64,000 nucleotides of DNA from IMG/VR virus record IMGVR_UViG_3300044974_000806, one strand, 5' to 3'. The stretch is from a virus. This document shows, piece by piece, positions 47,172 to 56,752 of this stretch. A program made the position numbers and the translations under genes. The number at the start of each line of letters is the position of its first letter. The stretch's first letter is position 1. The notes below the pieces were generated by a model. It worked only from the letters and a program-made list of their open reading frames with translations. It was not told the origin of the DNA and did no database searches.

Positions 47172-47909
47172 ATGACTCCTACTACCACCCTTCAGAAAGT
47201 TAGAAATTACCAAGGTCAAAACTCTTTCGTATTAAAAATGAAAGACGTAATCGCGAAGTACAACGGGTTAACCCCGAACCAACTCGCAGCTGTTGAGAAA
47301 TGTCTCAACGCGACCACAGAGGTCAAACCAATGGAGTTGACCGAGGACCTTAAGAGAATCGTTGACTACAAGGGTGAGAACCCATTCGTCAAAGACATCT
47401 CCGCTAAGTTCCAAAAGTACGGTACTCTAACCGAGAAACAAATCTCAGCGGGTCTGAAACAAATTCAGAAAGAGGAGGACAAAGAGAAGACCATCCGTAT
47501 GAACTGGCCTACTGTTGGTGAAACCATCAAGTTGGGTCGTAAGGTTGGTCAACAACTGAAAGAGACATACGGTTTGAAGTTCAATCCAATTTTGATTGAC
47601 ATCACTTCTCTAAAAGCGGTCTCTCCTAAAGCGGTTCAATTCACAGGGAAAATGACCGTCAAAAGAGGTAAAGTTTGTACCTGTTGTATGAAGACCCTGA
47701 CTGATGAGTTCTCAATGTTGACAGGAATGGGTAAGATTTGTGCTGGTCACATGGGTGTGGAGTACATTACAGACGCTTCTCAAGCCGACCGTTTCCGTGA
47801 GGAATATCTCAACAGAGTTGAGGAAATCGGGGAGATGGAGTTTTGGGTCCCAAAGAGTCAAATCGTTAAATGGGACGGAGCCACAGAGGCAATTCTGAGA
47901 GCTATGTAA
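47172..47909 (+). CDS. Hypothetical protein with an MTPTTT N-terminus. The start has been trimmed.
   Basis: It has the same promoter, leader and first codons as the 46177 gene. It is followed by a strong terminator. Confidence 0.5.
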   Translation: MTPTTTLQKVRNYQGQNSFVLKMKDVIAKYNGLTPNQLAAVEKCLNATTEVKPMELTEDLKRIVDYKGENPFVKDISAKFQKYGTLTEKQISAGLKQIQKEEDKEKTIRMNWPTVGETIKLGRKVGQQLKETYGLKFNPILIDITSLKAVSPKAVQFTGKMTVKRGKVCTCCMKTLTDEFSMLTGMGKICAGHMGVEYITDASQADRFREEYLNRVEEIGEMEFWVPKSQIVKWDGATEAILRAM

Positions 47910-47914
47910 TGGTA

Positions 47915-47947
47915 AACCCCTGACGAAAGTCGGGGGTTTTATTTTTT
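47915..47947 (+). terminator. Rho-independent terminator.
   Basis: CCCCTGAC-gaaa-GTCGGGGG followed by TTTTATTTTTT. Confidence 0.65.
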
Positions 47948-47990
47948 ACGATATTGCGATATATATGTATTAAAAAAGTACATATACATA

Positions 47991-48383
47991 ATGGAAAAAT
48001 TCAATCCCCATCATCAACATTTGCTGGTTAAGTGTTGGGTAACAAACCCTCCAAAGAAAGAGGAACAATTGAACAAATGGTTTATAAATTTAGTTGAAAC
48101 GGTTGGGATGAAAGTGGTTGCTGGTCCTACAAGTGTTTATGTTTCAGACCCTGGCAATGAGGGGTTAACAGGTACAGTTACTTTGGCAACTTCACACGCA
48201 TCAATACACATTTGGGATGAAGAAAAACCTTCAATGGTACAGTTTGATATCTACAGTTGTAAATGTTTTGAATTGGAACAAGTAATGAAGTGTTTTGAAC
48301 CATTTGGATTAGTTAAGGCAGAATGGGTTATGATAGATAGAAATGATAAACCTACTATTGTGTCAGAAGGAATATGGGAATAA
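47991..48383 (+). CDS. S-adenosylmethionine decarboxylase-like proenzyme (AdoMet_dc family, pyruvoyl-dependent).
   Basis: GTVTLATSHASIHIWDEE matches the ESHxSIHTWPE self-cleavage and pyruvoyl motif. The size of about 130 aa is typical of the bacterial/archaeal small type. Confidence 0.55.
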   Translation: MEKFNPHHQHLLVKCWVTNPPKKEEQLNKWFINLVETVGMKVVAGPTSVYVSDPGNEGLTGTVTLATSHASIHIWDEEKPSMVQFDIYSCKCFELEQVMKCFEPFGLVKAEWVMIDRNDKPTIVSEGIWE

Positions 48384-48691
48384 GGAACCCATTTAAGACG
48401 TGGTCCAAACAAGAGGCTCATTTCACTTCGTGGTTACTTAAAGACGTATTTTGGTGTTTAAAACTACCCTTATTTGCAACTTTAATGGTTATACCAACAA
48501 CATTACTTACACTATACATTCTATTCAAAGAACAGGACAACAGAGATACAAATTTAATACTTTCAAGTTGGGTATTCATGAACATATTTTGGATGTTACA
48601 TGAACTACAGAATTTTCCTTATTGGCCTGTACAGGTATGTATGATTCTCGGAGGACTCGCAGTTATTAATTCTGTAACAAGAAACAAATAG
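48374..48691 (+). CDS. Small multi-pass membrane protein.
   Basis: Three hydrophobic segments. Confidence 0.35.
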   Translation: MGIRNPFKTWSKQEAHFTSWLLKDVFWCLKLPLFATLMVIPTTLLTLYILFKEQDNRDTNLILSSWVFMNIFWMLHELQNFPYWPVQVCMILGGLAVINSVTRNK

Positions 48692-49271
48692 ACCAATCTG
48701 TTATAGGTTTCTTATCAGAGGTATAACCCTGTGAACATATAAAATCGAATGTTGAGGTATCGATACCTTTTTCACTATTAATCTCAATTATTATTACTTT
48801 TGGTTTAACCAAATTAAAAGGAAACTGTCTTATTACTTTGCTATCCAATCCTTCCAAATCAATATTAACTACCTCTAAATCAAACAATTCTCTTTTGGTT
48901 ATAAAGTCAGTAATTGTTTCACAGTCCACCACTTTTTCAACATAAGAATCCAATGGTATTTTTAGTTTACCACAAATCTCTTTTACTTTTTCATAATTAA
49001 AAGTACCTGTTTGATAAAACCATTCAGGGACATTCTTGATTTTCTTTGGTTCATAAAATGTTTTTGAACCTGAAGATGTGTGTATTCCAAGACCAACGAA
49101 TGTATAATCAAAACCAATAAAGTTATCGCGACACTCTGAAAGAACTTCAAAATTTGCATCAACAAAATAACCTGTTAAATTATATTCTAAAATATAGTTT
49201 AGAATTGGGTCATTTGACACACAATCATAACATCCAAAATTAATAAACTTGCCACCTTTTTTAATTTCCAT
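48666..49271 (-). CDS. Hypothetical protein. Weak resemblance to FkbM-family methyltransferases.
   Basis: INFGCYDCVSN and FVDANFE loosely resemble the FkbM DxGANxG region. This is a low-confidence call. Confidence 0.3.
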   Translation of the reverse strand: MEIKKGGKFINFGCYDCVSNDPILNYILEYNLTGYFVDANFEVLSECRDNFIGFDYTFVGLGIHTSSGSKTFYEPKKIKNVPEWFYQTGTFNYEKVKEICGKLKIPLDSYVEKVVDCETITDFITKRELFDLEVVNIDLEGLDSKVIRQFPFNLVKPKVIIIEINSEKGIDTSTFDFICSQGYTSDKKPITDWSICFLLQN

Positions 49272-49497
49272 AATTTAATTATAAAAACATTTCCCTATTA
49301 AAAAAGATTTGTTTAATTTTATAAAAAACAAATATTATGGTAGTGCAACTTAAAGAAATGATTGAGAATAATGAAATTACCGAGATTGAATTGGTTGATT
49401 TTGTCAGAACACTAAAAAAACTCGGAAAGAATAATTTCATGGACAAAAGAAATGTCAAACTAGTAACCAAACACTTTGGTTTTAAAAAGAAAAAAGG

Positions 49498-49926
49498 ATG
49501 GTTAAAGATAGAGAAGGGAAACAAAGTACAACTGTAATAAGAAGAAGGTCTCCAGAATATATCAAGGAGAAAATGATTGAGGATGTGTTGGAACATTTTG
49601 ATTTTGATAAGTGCCAATACGTTATGAAACAATTGAATTGGCAATGGTATGGAAGAGGTATTCCAACCATTGACGAATTAAAATATTCTGCAAGACAAAG
49701 ATTGGAATCTGCAATTGCGGGTGCTTTGGATAGAAAAGATACACTTCCATTAAATTCTTATTATTTTTCTTCAAGCGGAGGATTAAAGGCCACCGCATGG
49801 AGAAACAGATACTGGCATTTAGAAGCCATTAACTTAGAATTCGTCTTGACCGAGTGGGATTCGGATGGAGATTATGTTATAGATAAGAAAAATGAAAACA
49901 AAACTACCGAGCGCAATAATTTATAA
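49498..49926 (+). CDS. Hypothetical protein.
   Basis: 142 aa. Confidence 0.35.
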   Translation: MVKDREGKQSTTVIRRRSPEYIKEKMIEDVLEHFDFDKCQYVMKQLNWQWYGRGIPTIDELKYSARQRLESAIAGALDRKDTLPLNSYYFSSSGGLKATAWRNRYWHLEAINLEFVLTEWDSDGDYVIDKKNENKTTERNNL

Positions 49927-51139
49927 CTTTCATACTGAAGGTGAAATAAAATTACAATCTCAAATTTATTGGGAAGAAGGACTACAAGATGATGTGGTCC
50001 TTTATTCCATTCCATTCAATGAAACCGTTGTTGAGGACTACACCAAATACAGACCTGACTTAATAATTTCTGTTGGAAAGGATATACACATACCTCACAA
50101 CCAACTTAAACAAAGATATGTAAAAGTTGATGAAGGACTTGAAGATTCGGTAATTGCAAATATAATCGCTTGTCAGACCGTTTTTAGAAACTGTAAAGTT
50201 GTTCGACCAAAATTTTCAATATTCACACCAGTATATAAAACAGGCGAAAGAATTCTAAGAACATATCGAGGACTATTAGAACAAAGTTTTTGGGATTGGG
50301 AATGGGTTGTAGTTGACGACTCTCCCGATGACGACACATGGAAACTACTCAAGGAGATAGAATCCAAAGATTACAGAGTTAAGTTACATAGAATTAATCC
50401 AATATCTGGTGGAAATGTTGGTTTAGCCAAACACAGAGCCGCAATGTTATGTGATGGTGATTGGTTAATAGAATTAGACCACGATGATTATCTTACCAAG
50501 CAGGCTCTATCCACATTAGAGGAAGCTATCAACAAGTTCCCTGATGCTAAATTCCTTTACAGTGAATGTTCTGAAATATATGATGACGGTGGATTCAAAA
50601 CCTATGACCATAGATGGGATGGTGATTGGTATGGTAGAGAAGATAATTTCTTTGATTTTGGTTATGCTGGCCATTCACTTGTAAAAGTAGATGATAGAGT
50701 TGTAGTTGCTCATCATTATCCTGATGTTAATCCTTTAACAATACGATTCAATATTAGTATGCCAAACCACGTAAGAGTTTGGGAAAGAAACTTATATCAT
50801 GAGATTGGAGGACATAACAAACATACGCCAGTTGCTGATGACTTTGAAATTATTGTTCGTACATTTTTAAAGACCAAAATGGTCCACATAAAAAAAGTAT
50901 TATACTTTCAATATAACAACAGAAACAGTACTGTGGATAATAATGCAACTGACATAAATAGAAGGGCAAGATTAATCAGAGATTATTACGACAAAGACAT
51001 ACACAACAGAATAATTGAATTAGGATTTGAAGATTGGTGTTGGGATGAAGAAAGACAACACTCACATAAATTTCAAAACCATCAACCCGTCAAAAAATTT
51101 AATGACGAAGAACAAGTAATGAATTACATTTATGAATAA
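49892..51139 (+). CDS. Family 2 glycosyltransferase (GT-A fold).
   Basis: FSIFTPVYKTGERILRTYRGLLEQSFWDWEWVVVDDSPDDDTWKLL follows the GT2 pattern. Confidence 0.65.
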   Translation: MKTKLPSAIIYNFHTEGEIKLQSQIYWEEGLQDDVVLYSIPFNETVVEDYTKYRPDLIISVGKDIHIPHNQLKQRYVKVDEGLEDSVIANIIACQTVFRNCKVVRPKFSIFTPVYKTGERILRTYRGLLEQSFWDWEWVVVDDSPDDDTWKLLKEIESKDYRVKLHRINPISGGNVGLAKHRAAMLCDGDWLIELDHDDYLTKQALSTLEEAINKFPDAKFLYSECSEIYDDGGFKTYDHRWDGDWYGREDNFFDFGYAGHSLVKVDDRVVVAHHYPDVNPLTIRFNISMPNHVRVWERNLYHEIGGHNKHTPVADDFEIIVRTFLKTKMVHIKKVLYFQYNNRNSTVDNNATDINRRARLIRDYYDKDIHNRIIELGFEDWCWDEERQHSHKFQNHQPVKKFNDEEQVMNYIYE

Positions 51140-52289
51140 AAGAGCTAAAATTGTTATGAACTCGATGGTAGGTAATGAAGCCAGAACCATCACAAGAATG
51201 TTAGAATCAGTTGCTCCACACATTGACTATTGGGTAGTTCAATGTAATGGTAATGATGAGACAGAGAAAATAATCAATGATTTCTTTAATGAGAGAAACA
51301 TACCAGGGTTTACCTATCAAGTTGAATGGAATTTCCCTGGATGGAATAGAGACCACACCTTACAAGAATGTTTAAAGGCAGACCACGGATGTGATTGGAT
51401 ATTAAGAATGGATGCCGATGAAACACTTGAAATAGATGAAGATTTTGATTGGGGTATTTTGGATAACACATCAATACAAAGTTTTAATGTTAATGCTTAT
51501 TCCAATGACACAAAGTACTTTAGAACTTGGATGTGGAATGCAAAACTACCATGGTTTTTCCAACATGACAAAAGACATGAAACAATACACTTACCTAATA
51601 TTTCAGAAGATTTTGAAAGAGTTAATTTACCTGAAAGTTTCAGACACAAAGTATCTCAAGATGGTGAAACGTGGTACGTACCAAGAAAGTTCTTGAGAGA
51701 TGCATTGGAACTTGAAATTGACAAAGTTGTTGGATATAAAGTATTAGAAGACCATTACCATCTTTGGTATGTTGCAAAAAGTTATTCTGATTGTTATGGA
51801 AATCCTAACGAATTACCTTTTGGTAAATCACACTCAGATGAATATGCAAGAAGGTCTATATGGTATTTTGAAAAGTTCTTAGAAACCGTACATAATTGGA
51901 GAAACCGTGGCGATGAGATAAAGAGAGAAGACGAGATGGCTTACTATGGGTTAGTTTTAATGGCTATGGCATATAATTTCATTGGTGACTATACAAAATC
52001 TGATGAATGTTTTACTAACGCTGGATTATTCTGCGGGGATAGAAATGAACATTTATTGAATTGGATTATCATATTAGAAAAGAATGGAAGATATGAAGAA
52101 ATTATACCTATTATTGATATAATGGAAGAACCATCAAGAGTTAATCCTTTTCCTAATAAAACTTTTTTAATTGAAAATAGGGCTTACTATAACAGTAGTA
52201 GTTTCCTTAAAGAATTTAGAGAGAGAATTGAAAAAAGGTTAACTGAGCATGTTGTTAACATGACAAGCGTTAAGTTTGATTTTAAATGA
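51132..52289 (+). CDS. Glycosyltransferase-like protein (GT2-like N-terminal domain).
   Basis: IVMNSMVGNEARTITRMLESVAPHIDYWVVQCNGNDETEKII resembles the GT2 N-terminal beta-alpha-beta region with the DxD-equivalent region. Confidence 0.5.
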   Translation: MNKRAKIVMNSMVGNEARTITRMLESVAPHIDYWVVQCNGNDETEKIINDFFNERNIPGFTYQVEWNFPGWNRDHTLQECLKADHGCDWILRMDADETLEIDEDFDWGILDNTSIQSFNVNAYSNDTKYFRTWMWNAKLPWFFQHDKRHETIHLPNISEDFERVNLPESFRHKVSQDGETWYVPRKFLRDALELEIDKVVGYKVLEDHYHLWYVAKSYSDCYGNPNELPFGKSHSDEYARRSIWYFEKFLETVHNWRNRGDEIKREDEMAYYGLVLMAMAYNFIGDYTKSDECFTNAGLFCGDRNEHLLNWIIILEKNGRYEEIIPIIDIMEEPSRVNPFPNKTFLIENRAYYNSSSFLKEFRERIEKRLTEHVVNMTSVKFDFK

Positions 52290-53392
52290 TTCTTTTGAGA
52301 AAAAAACCTTATGATTATTTAATAGTCGGGGCTGGAGTATTTGGTTCCGTCTGTGCTTACGAACTCAATAAAAGAGGTAAGAAGTGTATTGTCATCGATA
52401 AACGAAATGTTATCGGTGGCAATTGTTACACAGAAAACGTTGATGGAATTCACGTACACAAATACGGTGCTCACATATTCCATACAAACGACAAATACCT
52501 TTGGGACTACGTAAATCAATTTGCGGAGTTCAGACAATATACCCACAACGTAATTGCAAACTACAAAGGGGAAATGTATACACTTCCCTTCAACATGTGG
52601 ACATTCAATCAACTTTGGGATGTTAATGAGCCTGAGAAGGCCAAACAAATTCTTGAGGGCCAAACATTTTCAGGTACACCATCAAATTTAGAGGAACAAG
52701 CAATATCCATGGTTGGTAAAGATATCTATGAGAAGTTAATCAAAGGATATACAGAAAAACAATGGAACAAATTGTGTTCAGAGTTACCCGCATCAATCAT
52801 CAAAAGACTCCCAGTAAGATTTACGTGGGATAGCAATTATTTCAATGACAAGTATACTGGGATGCCAATAGGTGGTTACACCCAAATATTTGAAAAAATG
52901 TTAGAGGATACCAATGTAATGTTGAATGCTGATTATTTTAAAGATAGAGAATTTTACGATTCTTTGGCTGAAAAAGTAATATACACGGGACCTATAGATA
53001 AATTTTTTGATTACAAACACGGAGAGTTAGATTACAGAAGTTTGACTTGGGAAACTAAAAAATTAGACAAAGATAATTTCCAAGGAGTTCCTGTAGTAAA
53101 TTATACTGACTCTGAAACCCCATTCACACGTATTTTGGAACACAAATGGTTTGACCCTAACAATCAAAAAGGGACTATTATAAGTTACGAATATCCTGCC
53201 GAGTATGATGGTACCAACGAACCTTATTACCCCGTTAGAGACACTAAAAACACCCTTATTTACGAGAAATACCGTGAGATGACAAAAGAGTTAGACAACT
53301 ACATTTTTGGAGGTAGATTGGGGTCTTATTCCTACTTCGATATGCATCAAGTAATAGCTCAAGCGTTAAAAACTGTAAAAGATATCGTTTAA
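52286..53392 (+). CDS. glf: UDP-galactopyranose mutase.
   Basis: FAD-binding YDYLIVGAGVFGSVCAYEL...VIDKRNVIGGNCYTE...HKYGAHIFHTND is characteristic of Glf. The length is about 368 aa. Confidence 0.85.
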   Translation: MILLRKKPYDYLIVGAGVFGSVCAYELNKRGKKCIVIDKRNVIGGNCYTENVDGIHVHKYGAHIFHTNDKYLWDYVNQFAEFRQYTHNVIANYKGEMYTLPFNMWTFNQLWDVNEPEKAKQILEGQTFSGTPSNLEEQAISMVGKDIYEKLIKGYTEKQWNKLCSELPASIIKRLPVRFTWDSNYFNDKYTGMPIGGYTQIFEKMLEDTNVMLNADYFKDREFYDSLAEKVIYTGPIDKFFDYKHGELDYRSLTWETKKLDKDNFQGVPVVNYTDSETPFTRILEHKWFDPNNQKGTIISYEYPAEYDGTNEPYYPVRDTKNTLIYEKYREMTKELDNYIFGGRLGSYSYFDMHQVIAQALKTVKDIV

Positions 53393-53404
53393 TGATATTT
53401 ATAC

Positions 53405-54388
53405 TTGATGAAAGTATGTATTAAAAATTCAAAGACTGAAATAACAGAAGAACAATTAGAAGTTATATCTTCATTTGTTAAATTCCTACAAAGCCAAGTT
53501 CCGTTATCTTCTGATATTCAGGTTGTTTTAACCAATAATCAAAAGACAACAGGAACAACAGGTATAAGAATGCCTGGCAGTAAAATCTACGTCCTTACAA
53601 AAGGAAGAATGTTGGTTGACATTCTAAGAACTCTATCACATGAATGGGTCCACGAATTCCAACATCAAAAGTTAGGGTTAGATGATAATGCCAAAATCCA
53701 AAACATCGGCGGGCCCGAAGAAAACATGTGTAATATCTTATCAGGAATATTCATTAAGAAATTCGACAAACAAAACCCTGATTACAAAACAACAATCTAC
53801 GAACAAAAAATACTTAATGAGTTATCGCCAAACTCAAGCGGAGTCAGTGATGTTTTATCGTTACTATCTAAAAAACCTGAACTTGTTAAACAATTAGGAT
53901 TTAGAAGTTTAGACGCTGTTCAATATTTTATTGATGGAGCCAGTTATGATGACTTTGATGAATTAAAAGATGATATTGAAAAGTTTTTGAAAGAAAAAGA
54001 ACAATACTTTGAAAAGGAAATGGATGAAATACAAAGAGCGGTTCAAGAACTATCAAGAGACGAAGGGTTAGATATTTCGGTTAAAGATGTTGTTGAATCT
54101 TTTAGAAATTCAAATGAAGTCACACTTACTGATGACATATGGTCAAAGTTAGAAAACACAGAATCCAATCAAGTCAAAAAAGGAGAAATGAAAAAGGTTG
54201 TTGAAATTGCAAAAAAATACGACAAGACATCTCCTTACATATTAAAAAAATCATTACTTAAAGATGATTATGAGAGGCCTCTTATCCTTAAGTTTGGGGA
54301 CAGATATCATCTTGTTGCTGGTAATACAAGACTATGTACTGCATCTGCAATGGGAATGAAACCGCAAGTACTTATTGCGGAAATATAA
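53405..54388 (+). CDS. Hypothetical protein with an HExxH motif and a possible ParB-like nuclease C-terminus.
   Basis: TLSHEWVHEFQHQ (HEWVH) and C-terminal HLVAGNTRLCTASAMG (compare ParB-N GxxR). Confidence 0.35.
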   Translation: MMKVCIKNSKTEITEEQLEVISSFVKFLQSQVPLSSDIQVVLTNNQKTTGTTGIRMPGSKIYVLTKGRMLVDILRTLSHEWVHEFQHQKLGLDDNAKIQNIGGPEENMCNILSGIFIKKFDKQNPDYKTTIYEQKILNELSPNSSGVSDVLSLLSKKPELVKQLGFRSLDAVQYFIDGASYDDFDELKDDIEKFLKEKEQYFEKEMDEIQRAVQELSRDEGLDISVKDVVESFRNSNEVTLTDDIWSKLENTESNQVKKGEMKKVVEIAKKYDKTSPYILKKSLLKDDYERPLILKFGDRYHLVAGNTRLCTASAMGMKPQVLIAEI

Positions 54389-54393
54389 TCTTT

Positions 54394-54591
54394 ATGGACA
54401 AACAAAATAGAATCAACGGAATATACATTCCACTAAAAGTTGGGGATATTATCTACACAGGAAGATTTAAAAACAAAAAAACAACAGTTAAAACAATTGG
54501 TGTGGATGAATACGGTATGCCAACTATCAATGGTAAACGAGCATTTACCTTTAGAATTCTTCCATCAACTCCTCCAAAACCTTCAAAATAA
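54394..54591 (+). CDS. Small hypothetical protein. The start has been trimmed to MDKQNR.
   Basis: The upstream part of the tracked ORF overlaps the previous gene. Confidence 0.3.
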   Translation: MDKQNRINGIYIPLKVGDIIYTGRFKNKKTTVKTIGVDEYGMPTINGKRAFTFRILPSTPPKPSK

Positions 54592-54648
54592 TTCCAATTC
54601 TTTTTTTATCGAAAAAAATAATTTATATTTGCGTAAAATTATGATACG

Positions 54649-55059
54649 ATGAGAATAGGGATTACCGCAAGTTGTTTTGATTTATTACATGCTGGACACA
54701 TATTGATGTTAAAAGAAGCTAAATCAGTTTGTGACCATCTTATTGTTGCGTTACAGGTTGACCCAACAATCGATAGACCAAACAAAAATAAACCAATACA
54801 ATCTTTTTATGAAAGATGGGTACAAGTATCTGCGGTCAAATATGTGGACGAGATAATACCGTATATCACCGAAAGTGAATTACTAACTATTCTACAAAAC
54901 TATGATATAGATGTTAGAATTTTAGGAGAAGAATATGAAACGAAACCATTCACAGGGAATAACTTGGACATGGATTATTACTTCAACAAAAGAACACACG
55001 AATATAGTTCAACTGAATTAAAAAAAAGAATAATTAATGGAACATCAGAGCTCAAATAA
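54649..55059 (+). CDS. Cytidylyltransferase-like nucleotidyltransferase (TagD / RfaE domain II-like).
   Basis: GITASCFDLLHAGHILMLKEA (compare GTFDLLHxGH) and ERWVQVSAVKYVDEII (compare R...V.....VD.V). Confidence 0.65.
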   Translation: MRIGITASCFDLLHAGHILMLKEAKSVCDHLIVALQVDPTIDRPNKNKPIQSFYERWVQVSAVKYVDEIIPYITESELLTILQNYDIDVRILGEEYETKPFTGNNLDMDYYFNKRTHEYSSTELKKRIINGTSELK

Positions 55060-55432
55060 AAATAAGTCAAAGAACGGAACCGCTTTCGAGAAGGAATTCA
55101 CCGACGCAACGGGGATTACAAAAATACGAAAAAAAGACAAACCAAGGTTCAAAAACTCTCACGGGTTATCACAAATCGTAGATTTTGATTTTATTACTAC
55201 AATTGATGAGATTATGGTATGTGTCGACGTTTCGACTACTTTTAGAAGTGACAGATTGAAACAGAAATCATATAACGCATTGATGATGAAACAGAACATC
55301 AAACAAGAATGTAAGTTTTATATGGTGGTTAGGTCTTTAACTGAAAAAGGTAAGACCAAGAAACCTGTGTTGATTGAAGGTATTGATGGTGTTATGGAGA
55401 TTGGGGATTTCCTTAAACTATTAACTAAATAA

Positions 55433-56080
55433 TTATTTATTTTCCTTGAACTCATAGAAGAAATTATCTTCATCACCTGCCGACCACTTAGTACCTTTCT
55501 CACAAATAAACTCTTTGGTTGAAACTTTGAAATCAGGTTTGTTAACTCCAAAAGGTGTTAGAGATTGGTCAAAGAACAAGATTCTATTATTGGGTTGGGC
55601 GGCGAATTGTCCGTTGTCCAACTTGATAATATTAAATGACTTATGTTCGTTAGGGGTTTCAGACAAAGATATGTTTATTTCATTTGGTTCCGAACTACAT
55701 GAATCGATTGTGAACATGTATTGTCCTTTGTGGTATTTTCTATCCTTCATGTAGACCATAACGTCTAACTTAGATAATGTTTTCTTTTCGATTACTGAAA
55801 TATTATAAGAAAAGGCATCCCAAATTTCCAAAAAATCTAATGGTAATTGTTCCTCATCATTTATTTCTGTTTTCCAAACATATGCTGAGATTGGTAATTT
55901 ATCATACAATGCCCCATAGTTTGTTAGTAAAGATTCAATATAAAGGGCTTTACCTTTAACTGATTTTATACTAATCCAATAACAAGGTTCAAACTCACCG
56001 TGACCTTTCTGTAAATCATACAGATATTCTTTTTTAATATAACATTGTACTGGGGGTAAATTAGCAACTAAATAACTCAT
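55433..56080 (-). CDS. Hypothetical protein.
   Basis: 215 aa. Confidence 0.45.
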   Translation of the reverse strand: MSYLVANLPPVQCYIKKEYLYDLQKGHGEFEPCYWISIKSVKGKALYIESLLTNYGALYDKLPISAYVWKTEINDEEQLPLDFLEIWDAFSYNISVIEKKTLSKLDVMVYMKDRKYHKGQYMFTIDSCSSEPNEINISLSETPNEHKSFNIIKLDNGQFAAQPNNRILFFDQSLTPFGVNKPDFKVSTKEFICEKGTKWSAGDEDNFFYEFKENK

Positions 56081-56092
56081 ACCTATAAATAC

Positions 56093-56356
56093 TTATTCAA
56101 TTTCTTTAATCTCAAGTTTATAGGTATTTTTAAACCAAGCAGCAACAACTGTAAGTAATACGTTATCAATATATCCTTTACCGAACTTCTTATACAACGT
56201 ATATTTTGCTTCATCAGACACAAACATAACGCCTGTCTTAATATCAAATAAAAAGAATGCGTTGGCCCAAGTTTGCTCCTCTCTCGAATAATCCATATAC
56301 GGGAAACCAAACTTATCATCGATGAACTTAACGATATGTTTTTCAATTGTTGTCAT
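56093..56356 (-). CDS. Hypothetical small protein.
   Basis: It was chosen over the overlapping alternative-frame ORF 56083..56346 because of its more protein-like composition. Confidence 0.35.
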   Translation of the reverse strand: MTTIEKHIVKFIDDKFGFPYMDYSREEQTWANAFFLFDIKTGVMFVSDEAKYTLYKKFGKGYIDNVLLTVVAAWFKNTYKLEIKEIE

Positions 56357-56391
56357 AAGACAAATATAAGAAAAAATAAGGGTGGGGTAAA

Positions 56392-56712
56392 TTACATATC
56401 AGAATCTGTAACAGAAAGGGAAAACTTATCAGAGAACTTTTCCTGAAAGTACCTGGTAAACAACTCATTTGTCGTCTTATAAGATATTGGCATCATATTC
56501 ATAAAAGACCAATAATAACTTCTCTGAATTAAAAATCCGTAATCGTTGTATTGTATGATAGGATTACCTTCTGAAGTAACCCACTCAACATCATCCTCAT
56601 GTGTTTGCCACCATGGTTTATCTCTATAAGTTAACTCAGAGAACTTATCATCCACTATTCTTTTGAATAACTTATACAGCCTCTCTTGGTCTATTTCATA
56701 TGTTTGTCCCAT
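56392..56712 (-). CDS. Hypothetical protein.
   Basis: 106 aa, Trp/Tyr-rich. Confidence 0.4.
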   Translation of the reverse strand: MGQTYEIDQERLYKLFKRIVDDKFSELTYRDKPWWQTHEDDVEWVTSEGNPIIQYNDYGFLIQRSYYWSFMNMMPISYKTTNELFTRYFQEKFSDKFSLSVTDSDM

Positions 56713-56752
56713 AATCTATAAATAGTTTAAGGTAAACATTATATTTATCAAT

